A stretch of 64,000 bases of DNA from the human T2T-CHM13v2.0 reference genome, Homo sapiens: the NCBI RefSeq assembly GCF_009914755.1, contig NC_060931.1. One strand, 5' to 3'. Position 1 is the first letter of the stretch; every line of letters begins with the position of its first letter. Positions 1 through 17,646 of the stretch are shown here, piece by piece. A program made the translations under genes and the position numbers. A model generated the notes under the pieces. That model was not told where the DNA came from. It saw only the letters and a program-made list of their open reading frames with translations, and searched no databases.

Positions 1-354
1 CTCTCTCAATCTGCCCTTTCCCCTCAACTGGCTCCCTGGAGAAAGCTGGAAGCAGGTGCTAGGAATCTTGTCATTAATTCAGATCAACAATGTCAGTTAA
101 TTAAGTGGAAGTTCTTTTACCCAGACTCTAAAGGCAAAGATGACTAAGAATCCAAAATGATTAAAATAAAAAATAGTTTTCTTTCCACCTCTGAAGTCAA
201 TGTCCTTCTTCGTAACCATATTCATTACATTTTCTTAGGTTTAACTCTTTAAACATAAATAAGTATGGCCAAATATATTTGATGAGATACTTTAAATCTA
301 TACATAGATTTTACATATATAATCTGTATTCTTATATGTAGAATTTCATGAAAA

Positions 355-680
355 CAGTGCTTTCCAACACAAATTCCCCACATCATTTCTTCCACAGGAT
401 GTGACTAGGTGGATCTTTGGAGGAAAAAGATATTGTAGAGCAAAATAATGTCAGAAATACTGGGTTTATTAAGGATGTCATTGTTGCAGACCTTTACAAA
501 GCCTATAATATGCCATATAATGTGTATTACAGTATATCATAGGAGATGGATACATTGCATGGTGTTTCATCTATATATGATATACATATAACAATAGTAT
601 TATTTAAACATAGACTATTTTTTAAATTTTTAAGCATTTTTCAGCAACAGTCTTTATAAGACAAGAAAATTCTGAAATGT
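355..680. mobile_element. Ancient hAT-Charlie non-autonomous DNA element (MER5-family-like)
   Basis: Starts CAGTGCTTTCCAA; internal 'ttccacaggatgt..aaataatgtcagaaatactgggtt..cctttacaaagcctataatatgc' resembles the remembered consensus; heavily diverged. Confidence 0.45.
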
Positions 681-1129
681 CCTTTTTCAGAAGGTTTTTA
701 TGCAACATTTTTGCCCAATACATATTGTTAACTCTATTTCTTTCTTTTTAATTTTTTTTCTTGATTATTATTCTGTGAATGCCACATTAAAAGGCTGGAG
801 AGGTTTCAATTTCCACATTTCCCTTGGTGCTAAGACAAACTCTTTTCTGATATGTGTGCTTGTCAAGGCTGAACTGTCCACTTTATTTTCCAATCTGTTT
901 TCAAGTTTTTATCAATTTGACATCAAAGCAAAAATAATAAAAGGAAAAATTTCCCGTAGCATTTAATTGAATACTATGAAATTCCTTTGAAGAGTAACCT
1001 GGGGCTTATGTGCAAAATAAAAATAAGCATCCCTTCCTCCAAACACTACTTCCATCTGTTGAAATGCAGTGATGTGCTGAAACATGAAACCTCACTGCTG
1101 TCTTCTGGAAAAGTGTCCTGTGAAGTGAA

Positions 1130-1190
1130 TCATGCAAAGTGAATGGTGCCCCTAGGGTTGTGCAGTGCACAACCTGCAATGCTATGGAAT
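1130..1190 (-). mobile_element. MER91-like hAT-Tip100 fragment
   Basis: Reverse complement reads CAGGTTGTGCACTGCACAACCCTAGGGGCACCATTCAC; contains the hairpin GGTTGTGCA-G-TGCACAACC (1156-1174). Confidence 0.6.
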
Positions 1191-1447
1191 GCTATGGAAC
1201 AAAATTAAAAGCAGTGTGAAGTGTCCACAGGATTCTAACAAAGGTTTTACTTAAGCTCACAGTCTCCTCTGTTGTGAGAGAGTACTGCACACACACAGAA
1301 ATCCAAAGTCTGATTGTCCAAATTTGTCATTTTTAGCTTTTACTTTATATTTACTCTTAACCAGTCCTTTCACTTTGAGCCCCATATTATCATCTATACC
1401 ATTTAGAATACAAACCTTTTATTTGTTGGTTAGTGCTGTCTGATTTT

Positions 1448-1491
1448 ATTCTACAAACTCATTCTACAAACTCTACTCTACAGACTCATTC
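1448..1491. repeat. Short tandem repeat, 13-bp unit x3 (ATTCTACAAACTC)
   Basis: Two exact copies at 1448-1473 plus a degenerate third copy. Confidence 0.8.
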
Positions 1492-3419
1492 CCTGGAGTC
1501 CAGTAAAAGGGAGCTTATTGTTTTCCTTGATGAACCCTTTCAGTTTAGAGCTTGAGGCTCATGATAATCACATGCCAACGGACAATTTACCTATGAAAAA
1601 TTACACTTTATAGCACTTTTTAAAAAAGATATGTCTATTCGATTTTGAGCCTGTCACAGTATTAAAAACATATTTTGCAATGCACTCCATGTCATCAGTC
1701 AGAATTCATCTGATCAAATTAACACAGGCTTAGAAAGTTCTTACTATCATACCTTTAGACCACGTGCTGCTGACCTAGTCTAAATTACAGGTACAGAATG
1801 TTTTCAGAGTTGCATGGTATAGCTATGTTTTGAGGGGTGGATGGAAAGAATTCCCTTGGTAATTTCCATTGTGTGTTTTAACTTGAGCTGTGTACTCCTA
1901 AAATGTTACCATTTGCTTCTCTGAGTTACTTCATCTCTGTGCCCCGCTTTCCATTATAGTATTAGTAAGATTCTAATATGATTGTTTGTTTTCATCTCTT
2001 TCTTTCTCCACTCTCCATGATCTGAACTTTTAAAAGTAAGCCCTTTTATTTTTCTTTGTACCTTCACAGTGCCTCACATAAATGCACGTTAGATGGGTCA
2101 CTGAGGGCACAGCAGTTCAAAGGTGAGCTCTCATCTTTGAGAGTAGAGTTCTAGATACTTTTAAAGAATCCAGAGAAAACATCCCTACTGTCAACTGACC
2201 TATCTTTTTCTGTACTTTTAAGTCCTTTTTAAAGCGTTTTAAGTTTGTTATCTATAAAATATTTATGTTATCTTCATGAGACCTCTGAAGAGAAATTAAT
2301 TTAAAAGTTATTAATATAACTAATATATCTGAAAAACAGAAACACTACACAATAATGCATTTTGTTTCATCAAATTTGCTTCATACAAACCACTGATGGG
2401 ATTCTTTGGGAAATTTATGTTTTCTATCTGCTGAATAATTTAAAATACTTTCTGATTGTGTTAAGCCAAAGGATTTTGTTCAGTTCAAAATAATTCAGCA
2501 GTTAAATAATCAACAGCATTTACCTAGAGGTACTACTGTCAACCTGCCTCTTCTCAAAGTATTGAAAATCATGTTTTCAGGTTGTAATATAAGTAACTGT
2601 TTACTTAAAGCCAATGACTAAAAATAACAAAATCCTTCACCTTCTCCTTATCATTTATATAAAATCTCTTTGATGATTTACATTTAAGACAGATATTGAT
2701 TTTGTCCTCCTCCTTTGCCCTATAAATGACACTCTTCCTTCAGTCAAGTGTGATGGGCAGTAGGTCAGCCCAAGGATGGGATAAATAAACCAAAGTAACT
2801 TACTTTTAAGGAAGCAAAGCAGAGCATCTTCAAAGCACCAGTAGTTTTCTATAATCTATCTTTTGACAGCCAATTGATGAAACTACAAAATCCAGACTCA
2901 TATCAAGCTTAGTTGTTTTTATATTTCTAAGCAAGTCTACATCATTTAAAATTTTATGCTTTCTTAAGCTCCAATTAAATTTTTTGTTTTTGTGTCATTT
3001 GGGGGAAAATATTTCTAGGACCAATTAAAATCATCATAATTTCTAACGTTCCAGAAAAAAATAATACAGGATGTGGAGACTAAGGGAAATTAGTCCCTAA
3101 AATTTCTTTTAAGACATGGCCCATTATTCATGCTAAGATTTGATTTGCTGATTTTGTAGACGCCAAAGCCAAGTGTTCTGCCCTGAGGTGTCATGATCAA
3201 GCAACTCAGTTACAGCTAACACACTGGTAGCTGTTTTGCTACTGAAAAGTATATGCTCTGTTTGAAGGAAAAAAGTGACTGAAATAATTAAATATACATT
3301 TGAGAAGTGCATACAGGAAGGTCATAGCACTGACTTACGAAGAACGAAAATGTTAGCTAGGTAACACTAAGTGGATTGACTAGGAAAATGATGTAATATA
3401 AGAAACAGACCTCAGTCCT

Positions 3420-3450
3420 TCACAACAAACTCATACCCCTCTGCTCTCAT
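3420..3450 (-). mobile_element. Probable detached 3' tip of the MER21 LTR (remainder at 7753-8851)
   Basis: CCTCTGCTCTCA precedes CCACAAC.AT.AACACAG in the remembered MER21 consensus; the latter resumes at 7756. Confidence 0.5.
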
Positions 3451-3459
3451 TCTAAAACT

Positions 3460-4270
3460 ATTTTAACTTTAATTTTAAGTTTGGGGGTGCACATGAAGGC
3501 TTTTTATATAGGTAAACATATGTCATGAGAGTTTGTGTTGCTGTTTATTTCATCATCCAGGTATTAAGCACAGTACCAAATAGTTATCTTTTGTGCTACT
3601 CTCTTTCCTTGCACCCTCCTCCCTCAAGTAGATCCCAGTGTCTGTTATTCATTCTTCATGTTCATAAGTTCTTATCATTTAGCTCCCACTTATAGGAACA
3701 TGCAGTATTGGGTTTTCTGTTCCTGTATTAGTTTGCTAAGAATAATAGCCTCCAGCTCCATCCATATTCCTGCAAAAGACACTATCTCATTCTTTTTTAT
3801 GGCTGCATAGTATTCCATAGTGTATATGTACCACATCTTCTTAATCCAGTCTGTCATTGATGGACATTTAGGTTGATTCCATGCCTTTGCTATTGTTAAT
3901 ACTGCTGTAACGAACATTCACACGCATGTGTCTTTATGGTGGAATGATTTATATTACTTTGGGGATATACCCAGTAATGGGATTGTGAGTCAAATGGTAG
4001 TTCTGCTTTTAGCTCTTTGAGGAATTGCCATACTGTGTTCCACAATGGTTGATTTAATTTACAGTCTGACCAAGAGTGTATAAGTGTTCTGTTTTCTCCA
4101 CCACCTGACAGGCATCTGTTATTTTTTGACTTTTTAATAATAGCCCTTCTCACTGGAGTGAAATGATATCTTGTGGTTTGGTTTGTATTTCTCAGTGATC
4201 AGTGATGTTGAGCTTCTTTTTCATATGCTTCTCGGCTGCATGTATGTCTTCTTTTGAGAAGTGTCTGTTC
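3460..4270 (-). mobile_element. L1 (L1PA13-16-like) 3' segment: ORF2 C-terminus and 3'UTR
   Basis: ORF 3690-3917 gives WNQPKCPSMTDWIKKMWYIYTMEYYAAIKKNE, the L1 ORF2 C-terminus; 3'UTR and T-rich tail lie at the left end. Confidence 0.95.
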
Positions 4271-7746
<3,476 letters not shown>

Positions 7747-7752
7747 AAAACT

Positions 7753-8912
<1,160 letters not shown>

Positions 8913-8921
8913 TGACTATGC

Positions 8922-9448
8922 TATGGTAGGCAGAAAAATGGCTTCTTCAAAGATCTCCACGTCCTGATGCCTGGAACTTGTGACTGTGTTAACATACATC
9001 CAAAGAAGAATTAAAGTTACTGATGGAATTTGGTTGTTAATCAACTGACCTCAAGGTGGGGAGATTATCCTGGACCATGCAAATAATGGGCTCAGTGTAA
9101 TCTTAAGAGTCTTTATAAATGCAAGAGGAAGACAGAAGAAAGAAAACCAGAGAGATAGCAGCATGCAAATGATGTAGCCTGATCTCGCTAGTTTTGAAGG
9201 TAGAGAAATAGGGGTCATGAGCCAAGGAAAGCAAGCAGCTTCTAAAAAGAGGAAAAGGCAAGAAAACTGATTTTCCCCTATAACCCCCAGCAAGGGATGC
9301 AAAGCAGCTCTCCCAACACCTTGATTTTAGCCCATCAAAACCCATTTTGGATGTCTCACCCTCTAGAAATAAAAGATAATAATTTTGTGTTGTTGTAAGA
9401 CACTAAGTTTGCAGTAATTTGTGACAGTACCAATCGGAAGCTAATACA
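8922..9448 (+). mobile_element. MLT1D-like MaLR solo LTR
   Basis: Starts TATGGTAGGCAGAAAAATGGC; contains GGGAGATTATCCTGGA and CCTTGATTTTAGCCC; ends CTAATACA. Confidence 0.85.
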
Positions 9449-10129
9449 GAGTCTAAGAGCAAAAATGATGTCAGAACAAACCTAAAAAATCAGTCAAGTA
9501 TCAATGAAATTTCAATTATTCTCAGTGAAATGTACTATTATTCAATGAATCCATTTTTTCTTCATTTCATTTGTTGGCACCTAAAGACTTGCCTACATGA
9601 TCTAAAAATCTAGATCATGCAAACAGCTAAGAAGTTAACTTAATTTTTCTTTCTCTCCTGGATAAAAAGTCTCTAGAGTCAATACTTCCTTTCATATATA
9701 CCATCACATTTTTAATATCATTGCTTGGTGATTAATAGGTGGGCTAAGAAAGGTTCAAACAATTACTCGCTATTATGGATGAGTATGATGCTACTATGAA
9801 GAGAAAATCACTGTTTTATAGATGAATGGTTTGTGAACATTATTCATATAACTGTTGTAAAATTAATGTAAAATTTTTCAATGTTTAGATGTAACATAAA
9901 TCTCATGTCGTCAGAACTGAGTATCTAAGGAACTTGTGTATATGTGTAAAATTAGAAACCTACCAAGAGTTAAAGTCATGGCTTTTCCCTGAACTCCACT
10001 GAAGTTTCCTAAACTTGAAAAAAAAAAAATCCTCTTCTCTCAGTGGTTTGAGGAATTATCTACTGAACTGCATTGGGACAGTAAAGAACAGCAGCAGAGA
10101 CAAAAAGCAAAAGCAAAAAAGCAGGAGAC

Positions 10130-10400
10130 AAACTCCCACCTTAGGGCCTTTGCACTTTGTGTTGTGTTTGTCCAGAAAGAAATTTCTCAGCCACTTACAT
10201 GGCTTGCTTTCTCATTGTTTTTAGGTCTTTCTTGTTAGTGAGGCTTTTGCTGTTTACCCTCTAAAAGTTTAATGCCCCACTGTGACTTCCCATATTCCCT
10301 TTCCCTGCTATGTTTGTCCTCTTTAGCCCTTGATACTATATAGTATGCTACTTTTTTCTTATCTTGCTTATTGTTTTTTTGTGCCTACTGACCTGTTCAC
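10130..10400 (+). mobile_element. L2 fragment
   Basis: CTCCCACCTTAGGGCCTTTGCACT, a hallmark of the L2 3' region. Confidence 0.65.
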
Positions 10401-11399
10401 TATGCACTCTGTTCAACCAGCAGGAATAATATTGCATTCAAAATCACAAGACACAGCAGGCTTTACCCAACACCATGCTCACTTAGATTCTGGAAAAATA
10501 GAGGATGGGTAAATTACCATGTACAATAATAAGATAGAAACAGTTTCTTGTCACTCAGGCTCAGTTTCCAAATAACTTGTCATTTTACATGAAATGTGAA
10601 AGGTCATGAGAGATGATACTGAATGATGTGAACCAACTCAGTTCAGGAAAGCCATGGTTCAGAGCCCTTTTCAGTTTTTATAGCTAGCTAATCACAGTCC
10701 CATAGGGGTACATGATTAATTCCTACACTCTAGAGAACCTACATCTGTCAATTAGATTATTAAATAAACCAAATGTGTACATTAAGTTACAGATTTGGTG
10801 TTGCCACTTAGAATTTAAGTTACATCCTGTATACTTCTAAAAATTCCATCAGTTACTGTTGCAAGGGACATTAGACTAAAGGTCATATTCTGAGGCTAAA
10901 GGAAAGACCACAGAGCTAGTTTCAAACATGTTCAGTGACTAAGAAGCTAATAACCTCAAACTCTTTGGTACTGGGGCATTGGTAGTTTATAATTAGCAGA
11001 AATATATCAAGAATGTTGAGACCAAGAACTGATATTAAAGAATATTTTAATGAAAGTATATGCGGAAAGACCTATAAGTGACCCATTGGGCCTTTTGTAG
11101 GAATCTATCTCAATTAATCTAATACAGAATAATTTCCAAGTATATTTACGTTAGTTCTATGTTGTAAGGTTTTTAATGAAATGCTTTTTACCTTAGTCAA
11201 TTTTTTTTCTGCATGAATAATTTGGTAAATCTTTTGTCTATAAAATTTAAATAATCTTCAAGATTGCACAACTTTCCAAATTTCACAATTTATTTCACAA
11301 AGTTTCCAGCTATTATGTTATAATGGGTTTTCCTTACTTTTATACATATTATTTTCAACATATGTATCATTTTTACAACAAATTCTAAGTGTTCTTAAC

Positions 11400-11760
11400 T
11401 CTCTTTTGTTTTACTGCACACACAATAAGACTACATTTCTTAGCTTTTCTAGTAGACATTTTGGTATTGTGTAACTGAGTTTCAAGAAGATAAGGGGAAA
11501 TGATACGTCATATCAAATGTAAAACAATCAAGAGCAGTGTGGTTTTACCATATGCTTTTTCCTGTCTATTTGATTGAAAATGAAGGATTCTGAGATGGCA
11601 GGATTGCAAGATGGGGGGCGGGTGGGGGGGCGGTCACCCAGGGTTCCTGAATGCGGATTGGAGGAAAGCTGTGCAAGAAGAATCCTATTGGCTGTTAAAA
11701 GTCACTGGCATTATGACATATGCATGTTTTGGCAGTTTGTATTAATTACCCTGATTAACA
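11400..11760 (+). mobile_element. Ancient ERVL/MaLR-type LTR remnant (LTR16/LTR33-like)
   Basis: AAGACTACATTTCTTAGC..GTAACTGAGTTTC near the start; ends CCCTGATTAACA. Confidence 0.4.
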
Positions 11761-12059
11761 GAGGAAATAATAGCAAAGGAGCAGCTGACGTAGAGGTTTC
11801 AGAGAGAGAATAAATTTGTCATTAAATATCCAAAGAGAATATTTAATGATAAATCTATTACCTATAGAGAAAAGATTTTTGAAGGATTTCAACATTATTA
11901 CATATAATCATGGTATCAAAACACTGAATAAAAGTTTTATAAAAGTCAGGGTTTTTAAGGTTCATGCTTATCATTTGACTATATATAATTGATATCATAT
12001 TTATTTACCTATTATATAATATGCACTATGCAACTAACAAAATACATATAAAAATAAAT

Positions 12060-12230
12060 ACATTAATTCCTTCATGTAATCTTTAAAATAATACTATTTC
12101 ATAGAAGAGAAAACTAAAGTTAAATGATGATTAATAACTTGGCCAAGATCACAAATAATTAGAGTAATAGAATTATGATTCTAGCTTTGGTCTCTACAAT
12201 TACGAAAATCCTCATTGTCTCTAATGAGCC
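12060..12230 (-). mobile_element. MIR fragment
   Basis: AGAAGAGAAAACTAAAG..TAATAACTTGGCCAAGATCACA, the antisense MIR core. Confidence 0.6.
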
Positions 12231-12315
12231 ATAATATTTCCCAACCACAAATATGCTTACACACACACATATACAAACATGCACGTACTCCTAGAGGGGA
12301 CATTTATTATTATTC

Positions 12316-12633
12316 TTTTTTAAAAAAATTTGAGTCAAGATTTTGGTCTGTTGCCCAGGCTGGAGTGCAGTGGCACAATTATAGCTTACTGCAGCCTCAG
12401 ACTCCTGATTCAAGCATTCCTCCCATCTCAGCCTCCTGAGTAGCTGGGACTACAGGCACATGCCACCGTGCCCAGCTAGTTTATTTTTTATTGGTTTTTT
12501 TTTTTTTTTTTTTCTGTAGAGATGAGATCTTGCTATATTGCTCAGGCTGGTCTCAAACTCCCGAGTTCAAGTGATCCTCCAGCTTTGGCCTCCCAAAATG
12601 CTAAAATTACAAGCATGAGCCACCATGCTCTGC
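12316..12633 (-). mobile_element. AluJ
   Basis: Antisense dimer with J-type ATAGCTTACTGCAGCCTC; expanded T-rich linker. Confidence 0.93.
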
Positions 12634-13027
12634 TAATTATTTTTTCTTGATTATGAATTCAATGTATCAAGGACAAATATATTTCACACCAGGAATATTG
12701 TGTTTACGTCTTTCTTTGGGGATATTAATAGCACCACAATATGTGAATGACAGGAGATTTTTATGTTGACTGTTGCTATCCTTCTATCATGGTATGTCTG
12801 TACAATTGTGAAAAAAAAAAGTAGATACCTGTCAATTCTATGTAATAGTAAACATTTTCTAATCCTGCATTTGAGATAGATTTCACCAGGTCTTTGAAAT
12901 GGCATTCATATCAGTGATTGTGTATTGGTTCATACTGCAGTCAAATGGTAATGTTGAAAAGATAAATTGGATACCAATGACAATGCCTTAATAAGAATCT
13001 ATGTCATTTGAATTTTTATTGATTAAA

Positions 13028-13230
13028 TTAGGGTTTAATCATGGCCAGTGGATTGTCTCCATTTTTTAATTAAATTTTTATTGGAACACAGACACCCCAT
13101 TCATTTATGTATTGTCTAAGCTGCTGTTGAGTTATAGCATTAAAGGTAATAGTCACAGTGACATATGTATGGCCTATCAGCCTAAAACCTTTATGATCTA
13201 GCCCTTTAAGAAGAAGTTTGTTGACTCTGG
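13028..13230 (+). mobile_element. MER58A (hAT-Charlie MITE)
   Basis: TTTTATTGGAACACAG..CATTCATTTATGTATTGTCTA..GCCCTTTAAGAAGAAGTTTGTTGACTCTG. Confidence 0.85.
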
Positions 13231-13779
13231 TGTAAAGGAAGAAAATTTTCTGAAATGTTTGTAGCAGAGTGATGGCAAAATAAGAGCAGTGCTTCCAAAA
13301 ACAAACTTTGACAATCATGTGAGATGTGGAAAGAGACGGGGAACAACAACTTAGAGTACTAGCATAATAGTTATCTGAGGAAAGGTAAAAAAATAAAGCC
13401 TGAACTTTGTGTTGAAAAAATAATTAAAAAGAAAACAAATTAATAATAGAAGTACAGGGCTGCAGTATAGTAGGTCCCTCAGCTTCTTCCTTGGCACATA
13501 TTCCTAAATGGCAGCTCACTAATTTGAGGCACCCTGTAAGAGAGCTCTAACTCCTCACTAGGTGTTTCTTTTACCACCACTCTTCAGATTCCTTCTTTTG
13601 GTTGCTTCATTCTTTGTGTATCCATATCACGTACTCCTTCCCATGCACCAGTCCTCATATATTGAAGTTATCTATTAGGCTTCCTTTTCTCCAGTTGGTT
13701 TTTCTTCAATAAGACACCCTTCTTCCCACAAATGTCTTATGACAGAATTTCCCAGCACCTCATCATTTCACCATTTAAA

Positions 13780-13900
13780 TGCTCTCTCTCTTTTTCCCTT
13801 TCCTTCTCCTCCACTCCCATGTGTCTTTTTTGCTCCCTCTCCTCCTCTCCCTCTCTCTCTCTCTTTGTCTCTCTCCCCCTCTGTCTCTTAATATCTCTCT
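13780..13900. repeat. CT-rich low-complexity tract
   Basis: Near-pure pyrimidine run with (CT)n stretches. Confidence 0.8.
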
Positions 13901-13999
13901 AGTATCTTCCAGGATTGGAAATAATACTGACATAAACTAAATTTAGTTTTTTTAAAACATGCATGCTATTTTCCTCAATATTACACATTTGACATATAG

Positions 14000-14720
14000 A
14001 TTATTTTAGAATAAATAATCCTACCATTAAAATTGCCTTCATCTCTTTCATGTCATCAATGTTTTTCTCTTTACTGGTACATCCTCATTAACATGCAAAC
14101 ATTGCAATTTAATGCAACTATCCAATCTTAAAACAGACATACAGACAAAAATCTTTGGTCTCATTACTCTCTCTGCTATTTCATTTCTCTCTTTTGTTTT
14201 ACAAAAAAAAAATCCTTAAAATACTTGACTATGAATTCTGTTTGACTTATTTTTTCTTCCATTCTCTCTTGAACCCAACCTAATCAGTTTTAGCATATGC
14301 AGAAGGAGCACTTACGAAACCACCAATGAACTTCACATTGCCCAATCATGATGTCCAGCCCAGCCCTCATTTTACTCAGCCCATCATCAACAGTTGGAAG
14401 AGGTTCTCTTTCTCCTTCCTTTTTGAATCACATTTTTCTCTTATTTTCTGAAGCTGCTCTCAGATTTTCCACTTATCCATTCAGTTACCATTCTGAGTCT
14501 CTTTACCACCTCCTTCGTAGCTCCCTGACTGCTAAACATGGAATCACAAAGGGCTCTTATTTTTGTCATTGTCAACTCGCTGTAGATGATCTCAACCAGT
14601 CTTATAGCTTAGAAGTCTATGCTAAACACTGCTACGTTTATATGTTCAGGCAGACAGTTTTGCTACAGTTCACATTCATAAACTCACCTGCCTATTGGAC
14701 ATCACTGCCTACATGTGGTT
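14000..14720 (+). mobile_element. L2 body fragment, interrupted by an LTR
   Basis: CACCAATGAACTTCACATTGCCCAATC, GATGATCTCAACCAGTCTTATAGCTT and ACCTGCCTATTGGACATC resemble the L2 ORF2 region. Confidence 0.6.
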
Positions 14721-14721
14721 T

Positions 14722-15364
14722 TGTATTATACTATATCAATTCAGCTAAACTGGGGCTACACCTCCCAGAATTCCCTTACCTGTATGATTCTGAGTTTGGG
14801 TTGGACTCAAGAGAAATTTTTGTGAGATTTGTGAGGTCTGTGTGTGGTACCAACACAGTCCTTACAAGTATAAAGGCTGTCACCCCTTTTTCATATAGCC
14901 CTGCCTCATCTTGTTTGTCTGCAGAAGAAACCAGGGCCACTGAATCTAGCTCCCCGACTTGTACTCTGTTGCTATGGCTTTTAGATATTCTTTGTGTCCT
15001 GGGCTAGACAGGAGTACAGTTCCATGGGGAAGAGTGTGACCTTCTCCAGCTGGTGATCTCCTGCTGGTGATCAAGGCTGAAGGTACTGAGAGACAAACTC
15101 TGATTCTAGTATGTTTTTTTGAGTTCCAGTGTGTCCTTGCTTCCTCCTGCTTAAATTCCATATTTTCTTCCCAACTGCTAGCACTGAAGACCAACAGAAA
15201 CTTCAGGCCCACCACCAGATGCAAAGGCAACAGCCTTGAACAGATCCTTTATCAGCTTCTGCAATTCCATTAGGTCAATTATTGTGTTAAGTTCCTATTA
15301 TAAGCTCCTATATTCTGTATCATTCATAGTGGTTCTGCTTTCTTGCTTGAGTCCTAACAGATAT
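14722..15364 (+). mobile_element. ERVL solo LTR (LTR41-like)
   Basis: CTAAACTGGGGCTACACCTCCCAGAATTCCCTTACCTGTATGATTCTGAG near the start; CATAGTGGTTCTGCTTTCTTG..CCTAACAGATA at the end. Confidence 0.55.
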
Positions 15365-15580
15365 CCTCTGCTTTATTTTTTCCTAATAAGAGCTAGAACC
15401 ACTTGACATGGTAAGGATTTAATGCTTAAATATTTATTTTCTGACCACCTCCAGTAGAAAGTAAGTTCTCTGTGGACAGGAAGTTTTTCTGTTTTGTTCA
15501 GGGGCATATCCATAGCATGTATAATGGTGCCTGACTCACAGTAAGTACTCAATACATATTTATTTTATGAATAAATAATA
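15365..15580 (+). mobile_element. L2a 3' end
   Basis: TAGAAAGTAAGTTCTCTGTGGACAGG..GTGCCTGACTCACAGTAAGTACTCAATACATATT..ATGAATAAAT. Confidence 0.8.
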
Positions 15581-16938
15581 ATTATATGTTTTGCAAGAGA
15601 CATTTTTGGTTAATCATAATATCAATATATAAAGAGGAACAATGATCAGGGATAAATAAAAATCCTTGAACTATGGCTTAGAAATACTAGCATTAAGAAA
15701 ATAAGCCAGTGAGGTAGTTGAAAGCGGAGGAAAGGGATTTTTTTTTCTCTCTACTAACAGGTTAAATAACAGAGTCCAGTTCTATATATTACCAGGTACT
15801 TGTCAGGTTATTTTCTGAATGTGCACATAGTTTTGTCAACTGTTAAAGACTAATCAACAGTGGTTCGCAGTCAGTGACTGAAATTGCTAGAAAAAAAAAA
15901 AAAGCCTGTCAATTATGCAGCTATGTTCCACTTCAAAAATGCTGTGTAGTTGCAAACAGACATTTGGCAAAAGAGTTGAACAAAAAACAAGACATGACAT
16001 TCTAGGCATACAATTTTTCTTTTTCTTTTCCGTAGCACGATGGGTTCTGCCTGAAATTTGTTTGTTTTGTGAGATAAATCCTCTTCTCAAAAAAGCCAAT
16101 GGTGTTATTAATTACACAAAGGAAGAGGCAACTGAGGTGGGATCATGCTCAGCTGAAATTGTTAAATGAATACGAGCTCTCATACACAAAACTTCCCCAG
16201 TGGTTAACTAAGCTGTCACCATTTTAGTGCATCTGAGGAAATGTGCTCCGAGATTTATGTTAGTGTTGGCAAAGAAATGAACTAATTTTAATTCTCTCAC
16301 CTCCTAAATTTGACATCAGTCCAGAAACTTTGCAACTAAATTTATGTACGTTTGCTGCACAGCAAATACTTACATTAAGAATGTCACATGGGAAGACAGC
16401 AGTCTACCTGGTATAAGTGCAAGAAAGTGAAATTTAGAAAAAACCTTATTTTTACTTTTAAAAATGTTCAAGTCTTTCAAAAGTTCTCATTCCTAGAAGG
16501 TCATAAAAGGACTCACAGAAGATTTGTTTTTTCTGGTTGCCCAACTGGTTACAAAACTAGATTACTTCCTTCTACTTCTGCCAAAATAAATGTTATTAAA
16601 ATACTATATTCCTCATCTGCCAGTCAGAATCAAAGATCCATGAAAGATGATGTTTATTTGTACATGTGCACCTTTCCCACCATAGAACACACATTAAATG
16701 CAACACTCAAGATAGTTTCAGCTGCTTTGTGAAGCTGGTTTTCTTACATCTTCTTTCTCAATCATAATATGGAAAATATTATTGCCTGTCCTAAAATGAA
16801 AATTCTTTTTCTCAGCAATTTATTTGGAGTAAATTTTTCTTCTGCAGATGACCAAATATTTATTTGTCATGGTGATAATAAAGGTTTGATTAATTGCTGA
16901 TTTTGGAAATAGTAAAAGACTTAAAAATGTCAATTTTC

Positions 16939-17462
<524 letters not shown>

Positions 17463-17627
17463 TTAAATTGTAATTGTAAAAAAAAAGTTTTTGAAATATT
17501 TGATAATGTTAAACTGGTGACCCAATATACTACTATGGTTTGAAAACGAAACAAAGCAAAAGCAAACAAGCACAGTCTATCTCTGTTTTTATTGCTTCTA
17601 TCTTTTGGATTATGCCAAAAATTGATT

Positions 17628-17646
17628 TTGCCAATAGAGGGCAGTA
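17628..17646 (+). promoter_or_regulatory. Candidate CTCF site
   Basis: TTGCCAATAGAGGGCAGTA matches CCASYAGRKGGCRSYR with one mismatch. Confidence 0.35.

Noticed and set aside
16388-16732. 114-aa ORF with FLEGHKRTH, superficially zinc-finger-like
   Set aside because: No correctly spaced CxxC pair, no TGEKP linker and no repeats; chance similarity
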